DNA of 61,358 nt, filler included, from Platydemus manokwari (taxonomy: Eukaryota): NCBI GenBank assembly GCA_037951405.1. It is 6 parts of 6 records of this genome, joined end to end, with 100 filler letters (N's around TTAATTAATTAA, not from the genome) between each part and the next. Parts side by side here need not be neighbours in the genome. Positions count along the whole stretch, not along the records: positions 29,688 to 40,701 come from JBBMOY010975528.1; positions 40,802 to 51,241 come from JBBMOY011133327.1; positions 51,342 to 61,358 come from JBBMOY011179323.1; 3 more parts are not named here. One strand, 5' to 3'. Position 1 is the stretch's first letter; each line of letters begins with the position of its first letter. This document shows, in pieces, positions 39,601-52,699 of the stretch. The position numbers and the translations under genes are program-made. The notes beneath the pieces were generated by a model. That model did no database searches. It was not told the DNA's origin and worked only from the letters and a program-made list of their open reading frames with translations.

Positions 39601-40287
39601 TATTATTATCAGAAATATTATTGTTAATATTATAAGACATTATTGTTGTTATTATAATTGTCATTATTTTATAATAATTATTATGAATATTATTATTATA
39701 ATAAATATTATTATTAATATTATTGTTATTATTATTATAAATATTATTATTATAAATATTATTATTGTTATTAGGCATTCAAAACTGTAACCCATCTTGG
39801 ACAAAAACAACCAGCACCATTATTAGCAAGTGCTAAACCAAATAGTAATAATATTCAAAAGGTGTTACAACATCACCATCATCACACTCATCATCATCAT
39901 CATCACAATGGAAATAATGATGTCAATGTCAATTCGATTGATGATAATGAAATCATGCCGGTTTCATCACAAATACCTGTCTCATCACAGGATCTAGTTG
40001 CTGGTACATCAGGAACAATGTTTTCCAATGAAAATAGTCAAGCCGATTTATTAGCTGTTATGAATGCTGTTGAAGAAGCTGATCGAGAAGTGGAACAGAT
40101 TATGGAAATGTCGGGTGATGAAGATGATGGAGTAGCAGATAATGAAATGACACAAGCTATTGATGCTGATGAAGATCGAACACCAAGTGATGGTTGTTAT
40201 AGTAAAGAGAATAGTAAAGCTGAGGATATGAATCAATTCAGTTGTGATGATGATGCTGTCTATCTGATGGATTATATTTGCAATGTG
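36634..40287 (+). CDS. HUWE1: E3 ubiquitin ligase HUWE1 orthologue, 5' part (N-terminal armadillo-like DUF908/DUF913 region); truncated by contig end
   Basis: MKIDRKK...WHYGKCELGLWADVLDRLDTIL...SKRSNY...ENWGGKQHGFGLAECC matches the HUWE1 N-terminus. In-frame GT-AG exons: 36634-37052, 37104-37182, 37238-37294, 37409-37730, 37795-37951, 38007-38200, 38482-38717, 38775-39404 and 39775-40287. Confidence 0.92.
38203..38478. repeat. 27-30 bp minisatellite filling HUWE1 intron 6
   Basis: About nine units of ATGATAATAATAATGATTATATTTCTCCAT between the donor GT at 38201 and the acceptor AG at 38481. Confidence 0.9.
39500..39772. repeat. Degenerate (TAT)n low-complexity tract in a HUWE1 intron
   Basis: ATT/TAT repeats with internal TATTATTTTATAAATATTATT duplications. 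Confidence 0.85.
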
Positions 40288-40370
40288 GTGAGCATTTATT
40301 ATTATTATTATTATCAATATTTATCATTATACAGAATAGTAATACTATTTTTGTGATTTATTATTGTTAA

Positions 40371-40470
40371 GCCGCTACTATTTTATAAATCACACATTGA
40401 AAACGAACTGAAAAGTCAAGACATCAAATTATATTTAACTGCAATTATTTAAACAAATTAATATTTCTCA
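40371..40470 (+). repeat. Interspersed repeat (similar to 31693-31800)
   Basis: gccgctactattttataaa...aaaagtcaagacatcaaatt...atttaaacaaattaatat. Confidence 0.6.
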
Positions 40471-40701
40471 ATGCAAAATAACATCTTTTAAAAATAATTA
40501 ACATCATTTTCAAATCCTCACACTCATCTTTCTATGAAATTTTTGATTTTCGTTGCATGTACTATATTACAAGATTAATGATATCCTGGGTGAAATTGAG
40601 ATGAATTCCCTGTTGATTAATAATGGATGGAATTAATATTAAAGGAAGTAAAAGATGAATCCATTTCAGCCAAATATAAAGTGGGTAAAGATTTTATAAA
40701 A

Positions 40702-40801
40702 NNNNNNNNNNNNNNNNNNNNNNNNNNNNNNNNNNNNNNNNNNNNTTAATTAATTAANNNNNNNNNNNNNNNNNNNNNNNNNNNNNNNNNNNNNNNNNNN
40801 N
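40702..40801. other. Artificial contig spacer
   Basis: 44 N + TTAATTAATTAA + 44 N. Confidence 0.97.
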
Positions 40802-41824
40802 AGTAGTTTTTAAAAAATTTTGATTTAAAGTTCAATATATAAAAATCGGACATTTCATATGGGACAACCTAATATATTCTTTAAAAACATTTTCAATTTT
40901 TTATTTAAATATTTAAGAAGAATTTAGTTGTTCGAAATCAAATAATAAATACTTTAGAGTTTCAAAATCTTTCGAAATTTGATTATTTAATAGACAGATC
41001 GTTGTAGGTCAAATTGGAATTTATTGAAAATTAGCGATAACCGCTTTTCTGCATTAGAAAAAAATTGCGAGATATTCTTAATTTTCACAATTATTTTATA
41101 AAATTAAGCAATGATATTATTAAATATATCTGTAGTTAACTAGCTCGATTTATAATTTAAAAAATTTAAATTTAAAACTCAAATAATCATATAGAAGTGT
41201 TGTGATCAGGGAAAAGGAACTTGGTTTAAAAGCTATATTTTGTCCGTATTAGACATTCTAAAAGTGAGATATTAACTGAATTATACGAATAATTCAAACA
41301 TGGCAATTTATATAAAATTAAGTTATGAATTAATCTCATGCGCTAAAATTAATTATTACGAAAGTGGGCCAGAAGACCCGTTTTCTTAAATTAAGCCTAA
41401 CATTGAAATATTTCTCTGAAATAAATTATTTGAAAAAATTTTCTTTTCAAACAAGGATAGAATTGACTTCAGTCAATGAGAAAAAATATTTTCATAATTA
41501 TTGATGTTTTATTTACGAATCAATTAATTGATAAACAAAGTATATACGAAGTCAATATTTCTGAAAATTCCTTTTTCTAATTGGTTGAATCCAGATACGA
41601 TTTAACAGTTGGTTTTCATCAATATTTCGTTTCTTTATTATTATTGACCAAGGTCACAGCTATTGAAATTAATTTTTGCAACCAGTATTTCTTCTTGGCT
41701 TTTTTTTCTTGTCGTATTTCTGGGTTTATGCTTATAATTTGATATCAATTAAGGTTTGTGTGTGACTTTGTTTATTATACAACAATTAATAATCGATGAT
41801 AAAAATATATTTATTTCTCAACAA

Positions 41825-44256
41825 ATGAAAACAATAATTATGAAAGTTGGTTGTGAAAAATCTCATAGTAATCACTGTTAGAATGAAAGTTTCATTTGAG
41901 AAAGTTTTATAACATCTTTAATTAGTCTCACAACCATTGAGACCTGTCAAAGGCAAACCAACGTTGTTGGTAGCACCTCAAATCAAACAAGCACTTCACA
42001 ATGCCAATAATATCGACAAACCCGTCAATTTTATTGAATTAAATAAAATCACAACCAGCACACAAAAACAATCCAACCAATATTCATATGCATCAAAATT
42101 CATTGACAAACACAAAAAAGAATCACCGAAACCACTTTTGAGAAAATCGGAATCATTTAAAGATTCCTGGTCAAACCAAGTTCCAACTGAAGAACAAATC
42201 GATCATAATGTCCATCAATCTAATGGAGAATCCACACAAAGGAAGCGAGGGAGATCAGTGGAAAAGATACGCAGTGACGATTCAAAAGACGAATATCATG
42301 ATATATCATATACGAATAAAAACTATTCCAATAGTTGTAGTTATTTACCTGATTATGTGAAGATAGTGAACCCTTCTCAGTTGATCTACGCTTATAATCA
42401 ATACGGTGAACCAATTATCATTAACACCGAACATATATCGGTCATCAATAATCAATCAAAAAATGGTACTCCATTTATTAGTTTATCACAGCATTCAAAT
42501 CGCGAGGATCATTTTCCATCACCAAATCCATACAGAGAATTTCCAACAATGTCCACTGGATCTCCAAAACACCAGAAACCTTTTCCAAATAATCAGGTTT
42601 CGAAAACTTTATTTGGTTTCAATCAAATCGATTCATTGTTTAGGAAACGAACAACAATATAAATGACTGTGATTACTTCTTCAAAGACGCCGCCTACAAA
42701 CGACAGCCGACATTATATGATGAAAATTTATTGAAGAAAAAACTGAAAGAAATCAAAGTTGAAAAAATTGAATCCAGATTTCCACCCATTCCGAATTCCA
42801 GTGATTCCAATCATTCCAATGTACGAGGAAGCACTTAGTATATTATATTTTTAATAATATTTCACTGCAGTCTTACATATATCTAATAATATTATTATTA
42901 ATTTATAAAGCTACAATAAAAACTCTAATATACATGTTCTTTTCAGCTATTAAATGTGATTTTTTCCCTTTTTTTCTTCCATTTATTTTCCATTATAACC
43001 GAAAAACATTTTAGAATACTGGATACGCGGCTCACCTTCGTAAGAAGGAGGTCAATTACGAGCAATATACTTTGAGAGATTTTCGAAATTTAAAACAAAT
43101 TGATCGAGTTGGTGGACTTGGTCCCAATATTGGTTCGGAGTCACACAGAAAAATGGTGGGCTTTATTCACAAATCATTACTATAAATCATTGAATGCCAT
43201 CGTTAACAGAGAGATAAACTCGCAAGACAAACAAATTATGCTAGAGCAGTTCATGAGAAAAATCGTCAAGAGATTGCACGTCAACTTGAAAAAAGTCTTT
43301 CGGAAAAAACAAAGACTTTCGGAAACCAAAGCGAGATTACTTCTTCGCCTATTGACTATCAGTCGGTAAGCATTGTCAATTTGAAGGATGATGTCGTACA
43401 ATCTCCCAACAAGAACTGCGATGCATCAAAGCAAACACAAACAGATTATTTGCCGTTGGATAACAAACCGAACGTCAATCAAAAAATGACTTCATCAGCC
43501 AAAGATCACTTGAATAAAAGAGATGCAGTATGGATTTATAATTATAATACTGCGTTTATATTAATTATAATAATCAGTTAAAATAATAATAATAATCATT
43601 CTGTGTTAATAATAATTATTATTGATTTTTATAATTATTTATGAATAATAACTATAATCCGAGGTTAATAATAATGATTATAATAAAAATAATTATTAAT
43701 AATTATTATTAATATTAATGATAATAATAATTATTATTATTGATTTTTATAATTATTCATTAGTAATAGGTATAATCCGATGTTAATAATAATAATGGTT
43801 ATAATAATAATTATAATAATTATTATTATTGATTTTTATAATTATTCATTAGTAATAAGTATAATCTGACGTTAATAATAATGGTTATCTGTTAATAATA
43901 ATAATTATTATTCTCCTTTATTATTAATAATAATTATTATAAATAATCTTATGATTAAGTAAAAATTAACACATTTTCAGATGCTTCAGTATGCTAAATC
44001 ATTGCAAGACAAAAAACCAACTCAGAAAAAACATTCCAAAGATCAAGGATCGAAATCCCAGTCGGCAAATACAAATAAAGAAATTAATCGAAATTCTTTC
44101 CACGAGGTAACATTGAGAGTTTATCTAAATTATTTTCATCAATATTGATTGGTATAGTTGATCGATAATTCCGATCTTGATCGGTTAGTTCAAAGACATG
44201 AGCAAGACAAAAAAATAGCTGAAGAAATCCGACAGAAATTGGGAAAAATTTCATAA
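41825..44256 (+). CDS. JHY-like (C11orf63-type, motile cilia-associated) protein, multi-exon
   Basis: A low-complexity N-terminal exon (ORF 41937..42662) is followed by spliced segments GYAAHLRKKEVNYEQYTLRDFRNLKQIDRVGGLGPN, RDKLARQTNYARAVHEKNR, MLQYAKSL and DLDRLVQRHEQDKKIAEEIRQKLGKIS* (stop 44254-44256). These match the order of JHY C-terminal motifs as I recall them (YTLKDY...LGGLGP, QKEYA, LEYAK, RHE.EK). The ATG at 41825 joins through a phase-1 intron at 41868-41925. Confidence 0.65.
43575..43950. repeat. AAT-rich intronic low-complexity/minisatellite tract
   Basis: Three approximate copies of attattattgatttttataattattcattagtaata..tataatccga embedded in (AAT)n. Confidence 0.75.
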
Positions 44257-46369
44257 AAACAAGCCTCATCTTAATCTCACCAGTGATTGTTTTGATAGAT
44301 TCGTTAATATTTTATTTTCTTAATATTGAATTTGATGTAAAATATTTTCAATAAATGATAACACATTTTTCTTTAATTTTTATGATTTGTTCTGAAAAAT
44401 ATGCAACTCATACCAATAAAAATTCAATAAACAACAATTATAATATTATTAAAAAATAATTTTTCGGTTTTGAATCTTCTAAATTTTGATTATCAATAAT
44501 AAAATTTAATAAAATATTTTTTAAATGAATCATTAAATTTACCATTGGTTACACGAATACAGGAGTAAACTACAGTAAAATAATAGCTTGACTACACGTT
44601 AACACCAAATACGTGAATTTGGATGAGCCATTACCAGACATGATGACGGATCAGAATAGTGTTCATTTTATATTTGCTTGGAAGGAAGGAATGAAGAAAT
44701 TGAATCAATAAGTCACGGTTTGCAATGTGATAGATTCATTTTTAATTGAGTTGTGGTTTCTAAAACAGCTCCATTGAAATCTCTGTAAGATGAAGTCCAC
44801 ATAAAATTGGAAGTAATTTAAGCCAATTAAATGCTGCGAGAAAAAATATATGTTATGAATAGATTTCGAGTATTAGACCAAATAAATGTAAATTAATTGA
44901 TATAAAAATATCGATAAATATAGATAACATGGAAAAACATAGAATAAATAGATAATTCCGATAACATTGAAACAAGAATAAAATAAAATAAAATAAAAAT
45001 AGAAATGAGAAATAATTTGGAAATAAAAATAAAAAAGAGATATTTAAAAAATCAATCTCCAGAAATGTTTTAAATTATTTGTTTAAATACGCCGATGAAA
45101 TATAGCTGTGAATATTTTTGTTTTTAAAAATACTTTTCAATTATTTTTCTGGATCTGTTTTCGATTCAAATTCGATGAAATGGCATCAGCCGACAGAACG
45201 CTGTTTTGTAACTGGATTTATTTTACGATTTATTATATTCATCACTATTTTTACTGGTCTTGTTCCGAAAATAATGTGTTTTAGTTTCCAATGATTATAA
45301 ATACAATAATGATATTAAATATAATCATAATAACTGCAATAAAAATATGTGTAAAGCTTCATCAGTTATTTCGAAAACTTTTCATGAAAAATCAATAACA
45401 AATTTAATCAAGGAAAAATGAATGTCTGGAAAATTCTTTAGAAAATATTTATCGTAAATTAAATTTCGTTGATATTGGAAAACTTCATCAAGTCGTTTGA
45501 TTCGCAATGATTCTAATGCGTTCTTAATATAAATAATAGATATATAGTTTCGACTATGTGCAGATAATAACATGTCGATAATCTTATCAGATGAAGCCAT
45601 TTGTCGGTGATAATAACAATACAAGCTGACATACCAAAGCATCAGTCGAGCTTAATGATTAAAGTAAAACAAGGATGATATTCACATTTTACAATTCTAT
45701 CAATATCCGGTGAAATCATTTTCATTTTACAGGATCAGTTTGAATTACTATTTATATAATCCACTCGAAATTCGATGATATTTAATATTTCTATCATTTA
45801 TATTTAAATAAAATTGATAAAACAACATAATGATATTTTTATTGTATTAAATGAGAACCATTTATGAAAAGAAATCGATATTGAATCAATGAAAAATAAT
45901 TTTTAAATTTTTAATAGAAAATAATTGTGAGAAAAATTCATAAAACAATCAATTACTAAGCAACGGTCGAGTGATAATTGCGATAGATTGATGTTTGAAT
46001 AATTAATGCCTCATTAGACAGATCAGTGTGAAAATAGGATTTGATTAATTTGGAATACTTCTTTATAGACAGTGAATATATTTAAACCATTCGATTTCCT
46101 ACGGATTAAATATCAACATCAAAATAACTTTGTTGAAGATATATGTATATATATATAATGAACAAATAAATATTTCAATAATTATTTGTAAAAATCTAAT
46201 ATAAAGGTAAGATATTTCCGATTTATCAAAGTCCAGAGTTATTTAGAGATAATCATTCATTTATGATTTCCATACATTCATTGTAAACATATTTTATAAA
46301 CATATAAATAAATAAAACTACATCAATACGAATTAATATTTATCACAATTTATCATTGATTTATTATTG

Positions 46370-48330
46370 ATGTATTTGAAGTTAATTATTCCATTATTTG
46401 GGTTTATTTTCGATTTGTATTTCTGCACTACAAATGAGATCCATTTCCCACCATTATCTGATATCAGTCACACCGTTATTGGAAACCTGGGTCAATACAA
46501 AATACAATTCAATTCAACGATAGCAAATTTCAAAGTAAATTAATTTTTGAATAAAGGATTTTTGCAACAAATATTGATTTTTATCGTTTAGGTAAGGTGT
46601 GTAAATTGTTTAGATTCAACATTGAACGAAATAAAATGTCATAAAAATAATCTGACATTTGTAGAGATTAAAGTGACTGATGGAAACATGACCATAAAGA
46701 TACCATTCAACATAACATGTCAAACAAAATCAAAAAATCTTAATGTTGTAAATATTACTTCTGTAGCATCTGTGACAAATATCACATTTTTCTGGACACA
46801 ACCATCATCGGAAATACTATTTTATCTCATTTATTTTTTTCACAGGTTTTTGATTAATTTACCATTTTATTCAATTATTATGTTATTCAATATTAGCAAC
46901 GGTAGCTATACGAGTCAGATAATCAATAATAGAAGTTCGATTGTCTTGAACAATTTGCAAGAGAAAACCCCGTTTCAGATCTGCATAGCAATGATTGATA
47001 ATAATTGGAGAACTAGCGAATTTTCTTGTAAAATTAATCGAACTGATTTCACATTTACCGGTCCAGTAACAAATGTGAATGTTAGTTCAGAAAGTGACAG
47101 AATATCGATATCATGGTCTCCTCCTGAATACAAATACGATATTCCACAAGCTTACATAGTTTCCATTAAGGGTGACTCAAATTTCTGTCGTATTGCTGTA
47201 ATCAAAATGGTAAATACTGCAAAATATTTAGAAAATGTGATTTAAGAAGATTATTTAGATCGATGATGTAATCAAGGTGAATGAGACGTGTTCAAATATC
47301 ACAGAATTAATTTGGAATTCAATGAAAGTATACAACTTTACTGGATTGCAGTCATATTCTGCATTTCAAATAACATTAACCTCAATAAATAGAGATAAAC
47401 AAAGTAAAACAATGTTTCTCAACACATCAACCAAAGAAGGAAGTAAAATAATTGATTAAACATAAACAAATATTAGATTTTGTGATGGCATATAGGAAGT
47501 GATCCTGTACAAAATATTACAATGAAATACATCTCATCTGGATATTTTAAAATACAATTTACTGAACCAGTGAGACCACGTGGGAAAATTATCGGTTATA
47601 GATTGCAAGTCAATACAACCAAATCGAATATTTGCAATAAAGTATAAAAACATTGATTTTATTATGCTAATATTTTTACAGATGAATAATGTAATTCATG
47701 AAGCAAAATTTGCTGAAACAATATTTAATTTAACAATCGAAGTTTTCAAAAAATGTGGAACTTATTTGGTAACAGTCTTCCCTTTGAACGGGTGGAATAA
47801 AAATAATGGGATTGGTAAACCAGCTTCAATTAATTATGATTATAAAATAAGTAATGCATTTTTCATATTGAGGCTGAACCTCGATCTTATAAGACACACA
47901 ATTTTATCTAGAAATGAATTCCACTGTAAAAGTGAATGCAGAATTCACTTCATCAAATTCATTGAAAGTCATTCTCAAAGATGTGAAAAATGATAATCAA
48001 TGTGAAGCAAATGGATTTGTCATTGAATTAACCAATCAAAATAATCACAATAATTGTATTACGATAATCGTTTCCAATATTGATTGTATAGATTTGAGAA
48101 AGGTGGGCCTCATTATCATTGGCGATGATTGATTATTTTTTAGAGGTTTAATGAGAAATCAAATTGTAAAAATATCCAAATTAAAATGTTTGATAATCGC
48201 TCATCAAATATCGATTTAGATTTCATAGGAAATGTTTATTCTCAAAAAATATACAAATTAAAAGTATTTATTATCAGGGTTGCCATTGAAGAAATAGTAG
48301 ACAGGATTGTTGGAAATCAATATTTCAAAG
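46370..48330 (+). CDS. Secreted or cell-surface protein with fibronectin type III repeats (receptor ectodomain-like), multi-exon, 3' end unresolved
   Basis: Signal-like exon 46370-46534 (MYLKLIIPLFGFIFDLYFC) splices in phase to 46592. FN3 hallmarks: NITFFWTQP...LNNLQEKTPFQICI, GPVTNVNV...ISISWSPP...YIV, FTGLQSYSAFQITLTSIN and GTYLVTVFPLNG. There are many NxS/T sequons. Confidence 0.75.
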
Positions 48331-49610
48331 GTTCTTTATTCATTGTGAAATATCTAAAATATTTTTCTAATAATTCATAAAATAATTATAAAAAATTCAT
48401 TCACATAATAAAAATATACTTTTCTTGTACACAAGAGTATTTTATTTGATCTTCTAATCTGGCAAGGCAGAAATTTTAAGCTATTGTTTCATAAAAACTC
48501 AAATGATTCAAGCACATGCAGCTTTTTTGCATTTGTCAGATGATCTTTGCTTATCATGCAACAGGAATTCATAAGGATATCTAATTTTCAATATAAGAAT
48601 TAATATAAGAAACCGCCTGAGCCCAAAATATTATGTATTTCAAAATTCTAATAAAAATCATTATTATTTGAGTAGATTTAACATTTTCAAATCAATATCT
48701 GTGAATAAAAAGTAGATTTTTCATTTACATAATGTTGTTATTACTACAATTTCGTTAAATTTCAATTGATTCTTTAAGATTTCTGCTGGAACACTCAGTA
48801 ATAGTATCATTGTTATACAATTTTTACGATGCTGATTTATTGTCTTCAACCATTCATTGAAAGCCATAATAAATTATAAACAAATAAAGAATCCTTTAAT
48901 TTTTAATTGATTTTGAACTTCATCTTTATCAAACTTCTTAACCCAAAAAACTTTATCAAAAATATCAAAATCTACTGACATATATTTGACATAATATAAA
49001 TCAATAAATTCTATAAAAATTATCTGATTGCATACTGGTAATAAACTTATTTATTGGTAAATCATTTAATAAAATGGCTGAATCTGTTTATTATCAGATT
49101 GTTTCGCTTATTGCAGTATTAATGGTACAACAGATTTGGGAATAAAAATGTTTAGTGCTGCTGTTGAGAAATGTTCAAATATTTATTCAAGTAATTTATT
49201 ATTTATTAAATAATTTTATGTAAAATTTTAAATATTTTTTGTTATTTTTATAAATTCAAATCTTTTGCAAATCCAATTTTATTATAAATTATCATAAAAT
49301 AATAATATGGATAAAAATTAAAAATAATATACTAAACGTAATTTGTAATCTCATTATCTTTTTGATATTATCCAAGATATACTGAATTGATCAGAAATGC
49401 TTGTCATATTTTGATTTGCATTACAGGGATAAGCCAACAAGTCACCATTTTGTAATCAACGAGAAATTTCATAAATATTTAACAATTGAGTTGTAATTGT
49501 GATTTTTATTGATTTGATATTATACAGCCTTTTCTTCAAGTTTTTTTCTTCTTCCCAACTCTTTTCTGAACTGGACCACTACAACGCTAGGTGATATGGG
49601 TCAGTTTGTG

Positions 49611-50286
49611 TGTAATGTATATTGTTATTGATTTGATATTATACAACTCAACAACGTGAGTTCTATTTCTCATTTTTAAACCTTTCGATAATAAATTCAC
49701 GACGTAAATTCAAATTAATTATATTTTACATTTTTAAAAAATTCGTAAAAATTAACTCAAAAGATTATTCATAACTGTGAAATGTCTTTTCTAACCATGT
49801 ATCATATTTCTATAATTAGCGATTCATCCAAAGGCTTATTAATCGTTGCTATTCATCCTGATCAGTGTCAAGACGATTGTTAAAGATTTTAGTGAATGTG
49901 ATTTGTGATGCAAATCTATCAGCTTATATAGTTGCTGAAGTTCGGTAATTTATACCATGTATTTTTCCATCGCTCTTACAAATTTTGATTGTTTATATAC
50001 CTTGAACCTTTTTGATTTATGATTTCAAAAGTTCTTTAACTTTATAAATCTTAAAGTTTTCTCTAACATTACAAGTTTAATTATATATTTTGAATTTATT
50101 AATTAATTTTACTCAGGTTCCTTCTCATTTAATTGTCTTAATTTAGATAAATTCTTTATACAGTTTAATTTATAATTCTTTTAGTTATGCCATTAACAAT
50201 TTTAGGCATAATATTTATTTGAAAAAACTACACTAATCCGCCAATCAATTATTTAAACAAATACAACGTGTTTCCTTATGTAGTCA
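49611..50286 (-). mobile_element. Putative 3' LTR of a Ty3/Gypsy element
   Basis: On the minus strand the purine tract AAGAGAAGGCG follows the integrase stop and precedes TG at 50286. The sequence ends ...CATTACA at 49611, has an internal CTATATAAG, and is homologous to 25886-26650. Confidence 0.6.
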
Positions 50287-50307
50287 CGCCTTCTCTTAAA
50301 TCCTGCT

Positions 50308-51241
50308 TCACCGTTTCAGCAAATTTAATCGTCTGGATTTTATCGCATAAGGAAACTGAATCTCCACTTGTTTATCTGTCTTGAATCCGGTAATTCGATA
50401 GGAGCCTTCGTACTGGCATCCATTTTTCTTCCTCTTATGGTGATTTACGCAAACTAGCACCTTCTCTCTCAACTCAAAAGCTCGAACTGTTCTTTTTTCT
50501 CTGTCTCGGTTAGACATCATGTCGACTGCCACTTTTGAGTTTTCTCTAGCTACTGCTACAATACCATCTCGAGTTTAGTTCTCGTGGCTCACATCTGCAT
50601 GATCATTGATCCTCCGCCCGTAGATTATATCGAAAGGCGAGAACTTCGTTGTTTATTGATGTGTTGCGTTGATGCAGAATTATATCCTTGGCAACAATTC
50701 AGCCTAATTTTTCTCATGGCTCTTACTCTTTAAAATAGCTGATGACTCTTTCCGCTTGGCTGTTCGATTGATGCTGGTATGGTGAGCTGAATACTTGTTT
50801 GCTACCCAACTTTAAATACGCCTCTCTCATCAATTTTCCTCCAAATTATTTTCTGTTAACAGATAGAATGCTCTCTGGCTTTCCAAAACGATAAATCCAC
50901 GAGTTCAAAATGGCCTGTAAGATTGTCTTTTTGTCTTGCTTGATGTAGCAGTGAGGCTCACTAGCTTGCTGAATCTGTCGATAATGACTACTATATACTT
51001 CTTGTTACTATGCATCGTGTCAAAATTGAACAATGTCTACCACGTTTTTTTCCTGAAACTCAGAGCCTATCAAAGGAAGCAGAAACTCCTTAGTTCTCGA
51101 TTGATCAATATTTCCGCATATAATACATTCTTTCAGTATCTCTTTGGTGGTGATGAACATGCTGGGCCAATAAAAACTGTCGTTCAAATATGCGAAGGTT
51201 TTCTTTGAGCCTAAGTGGCAGAGCTCCTCGTGAATTGTCTT
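50308..51241 (-). mobile_element. Ty3/Gypsy integrase pseudogene
   Basis: Fragments in order: ECIICG (HHCC zinc finger), KKYIVVIIDRFSKLV, WIYRFGKPESIL, FSSPYQH, INATHQ*TTKFSPFDIIYGR and YEGSYRI (GPY/F motif). Contains stops and frameshifts. Confidence 0.88.
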
Positions 51242-51341
51242 NNNNNNNNNNNNNNNNNNNNNNNNNNNNNNNNNNNNNNNNNNNNTTAATTAATTAANNN
51301 NNNNNNNNNNNNNNNNNNNNNNNNNNNNNNNNNNNNNNNNN
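51242..51341. other. Artificial contig spacer
   Basis: 44 N + TTAATTAATTAA + 44 N. Confidence 0.97.
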
Positions 51342-52699
51342 CATTATTAATATTATTCTTTTTGCCGTTATTATTATCATTTATTATCAATATCATTTAA
51401 TTTTTTAGTTATTATTATTATTATTATTATTATTCAAGTGAGAAGCCCATCAGGATTGCGATTGTTTATGTAATTATTTGAGTAAATAATTGAAGTTTTA
51501 TAAATATATTTAACTAGAAGTTTAATTTATCGGGGGAGGCTTGTATCGATTTTTATTCAAATTTCTTTATTTTTGTCTGTACGAGATTATGATTATCATT
51601 TGAACGTCGAGAGATTAAGTTTGGATAACAGATTTCATATTAAACATCATTATCTTTTGTAAGTGTATTTGTTTTTCTAAGCACAGATTTATTGATCTTC
51701 CAACCATTTATATATTTCTTTGTTGTTAGTGTCATATTTTTTGTTCAATTTCGGTTATTAAACAGTTCATTATTCTATTTGATTTTCTTATTTTTCCATC
51801 CAACCGAGATGCTGGCATGATAATTATCATCATTCGACACAGTATTAATCGATTGTTCTGTTACATATCATCTATATTAATTTATAACGTATGAAGCTAA
51901 CGTCTCAATCTTAGCCAGGGTATCTTCTCTTTCATCTGTTTTCCTTTCTTTTTAATGATATTCTCAACAGTTTACCACCTGTTTCTATCCGTTTTTATCA
52001 AAATATTGATTATCATGTTGGTGATGCGAGATGGAAAATAAACTGTCATAAATGATAGACCAATTCCAGCCAGAGATGTACTTCATCAGTTTTAGAGTTT
52101 CAATTCTAAAAACTCATTTTATCATTCAATTGAATCTCGAACTCTTTTATGAAATTCTTATTTATCGCGATATTTTGCACCAATATTATCCATTGTTGTC
52201 ATTATTGTTTGAATTGATATGATTTTATAAATGAAGATTATTATGGAAGGTTATCCCATCTGTTATGTCAATAAATATGATGCAATCAATATATTTTATT
52301 TATTATAAGTAAAAATGATGTAAAGATTATTGGTCAATAACTCTTCTGGATCATTGGATCTTGGAATAATTTCTGAAACATCCATTCATATTAATTTTTT
52401 ACCAATTTGATAAAACAACAATATCAGTAAATATATTGACCAATAATTACCTTATGAAATCAATAGATAACATAATCAATCAATTCCATATCTCTATTAT
52501 TAGAAATGACATCATTGATTAATTTAGTAACATATCTAGATGTTTATTAATAAACAATTTGTTTATCAGTTGCTATGCAAGAATATTGTAGAATAATTGG
52601 TGACTAATATATAATCGATTAATATCATCACTGTAATGATTTTAGATTTTCAATAACTATATATATCCATTGTGATTGATAATATTGATTTATCTTCAG

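Noticed and set aside
39488-39790. Poly-Ile and poly-Asn ORFs
   Set aside because: They are translations of an intronic (TAT)n tract.
43100-43369. ORF-track protein MIELVDLVP...
   Set aside because: It is the wrong frame across JHY-like exons and an intron.
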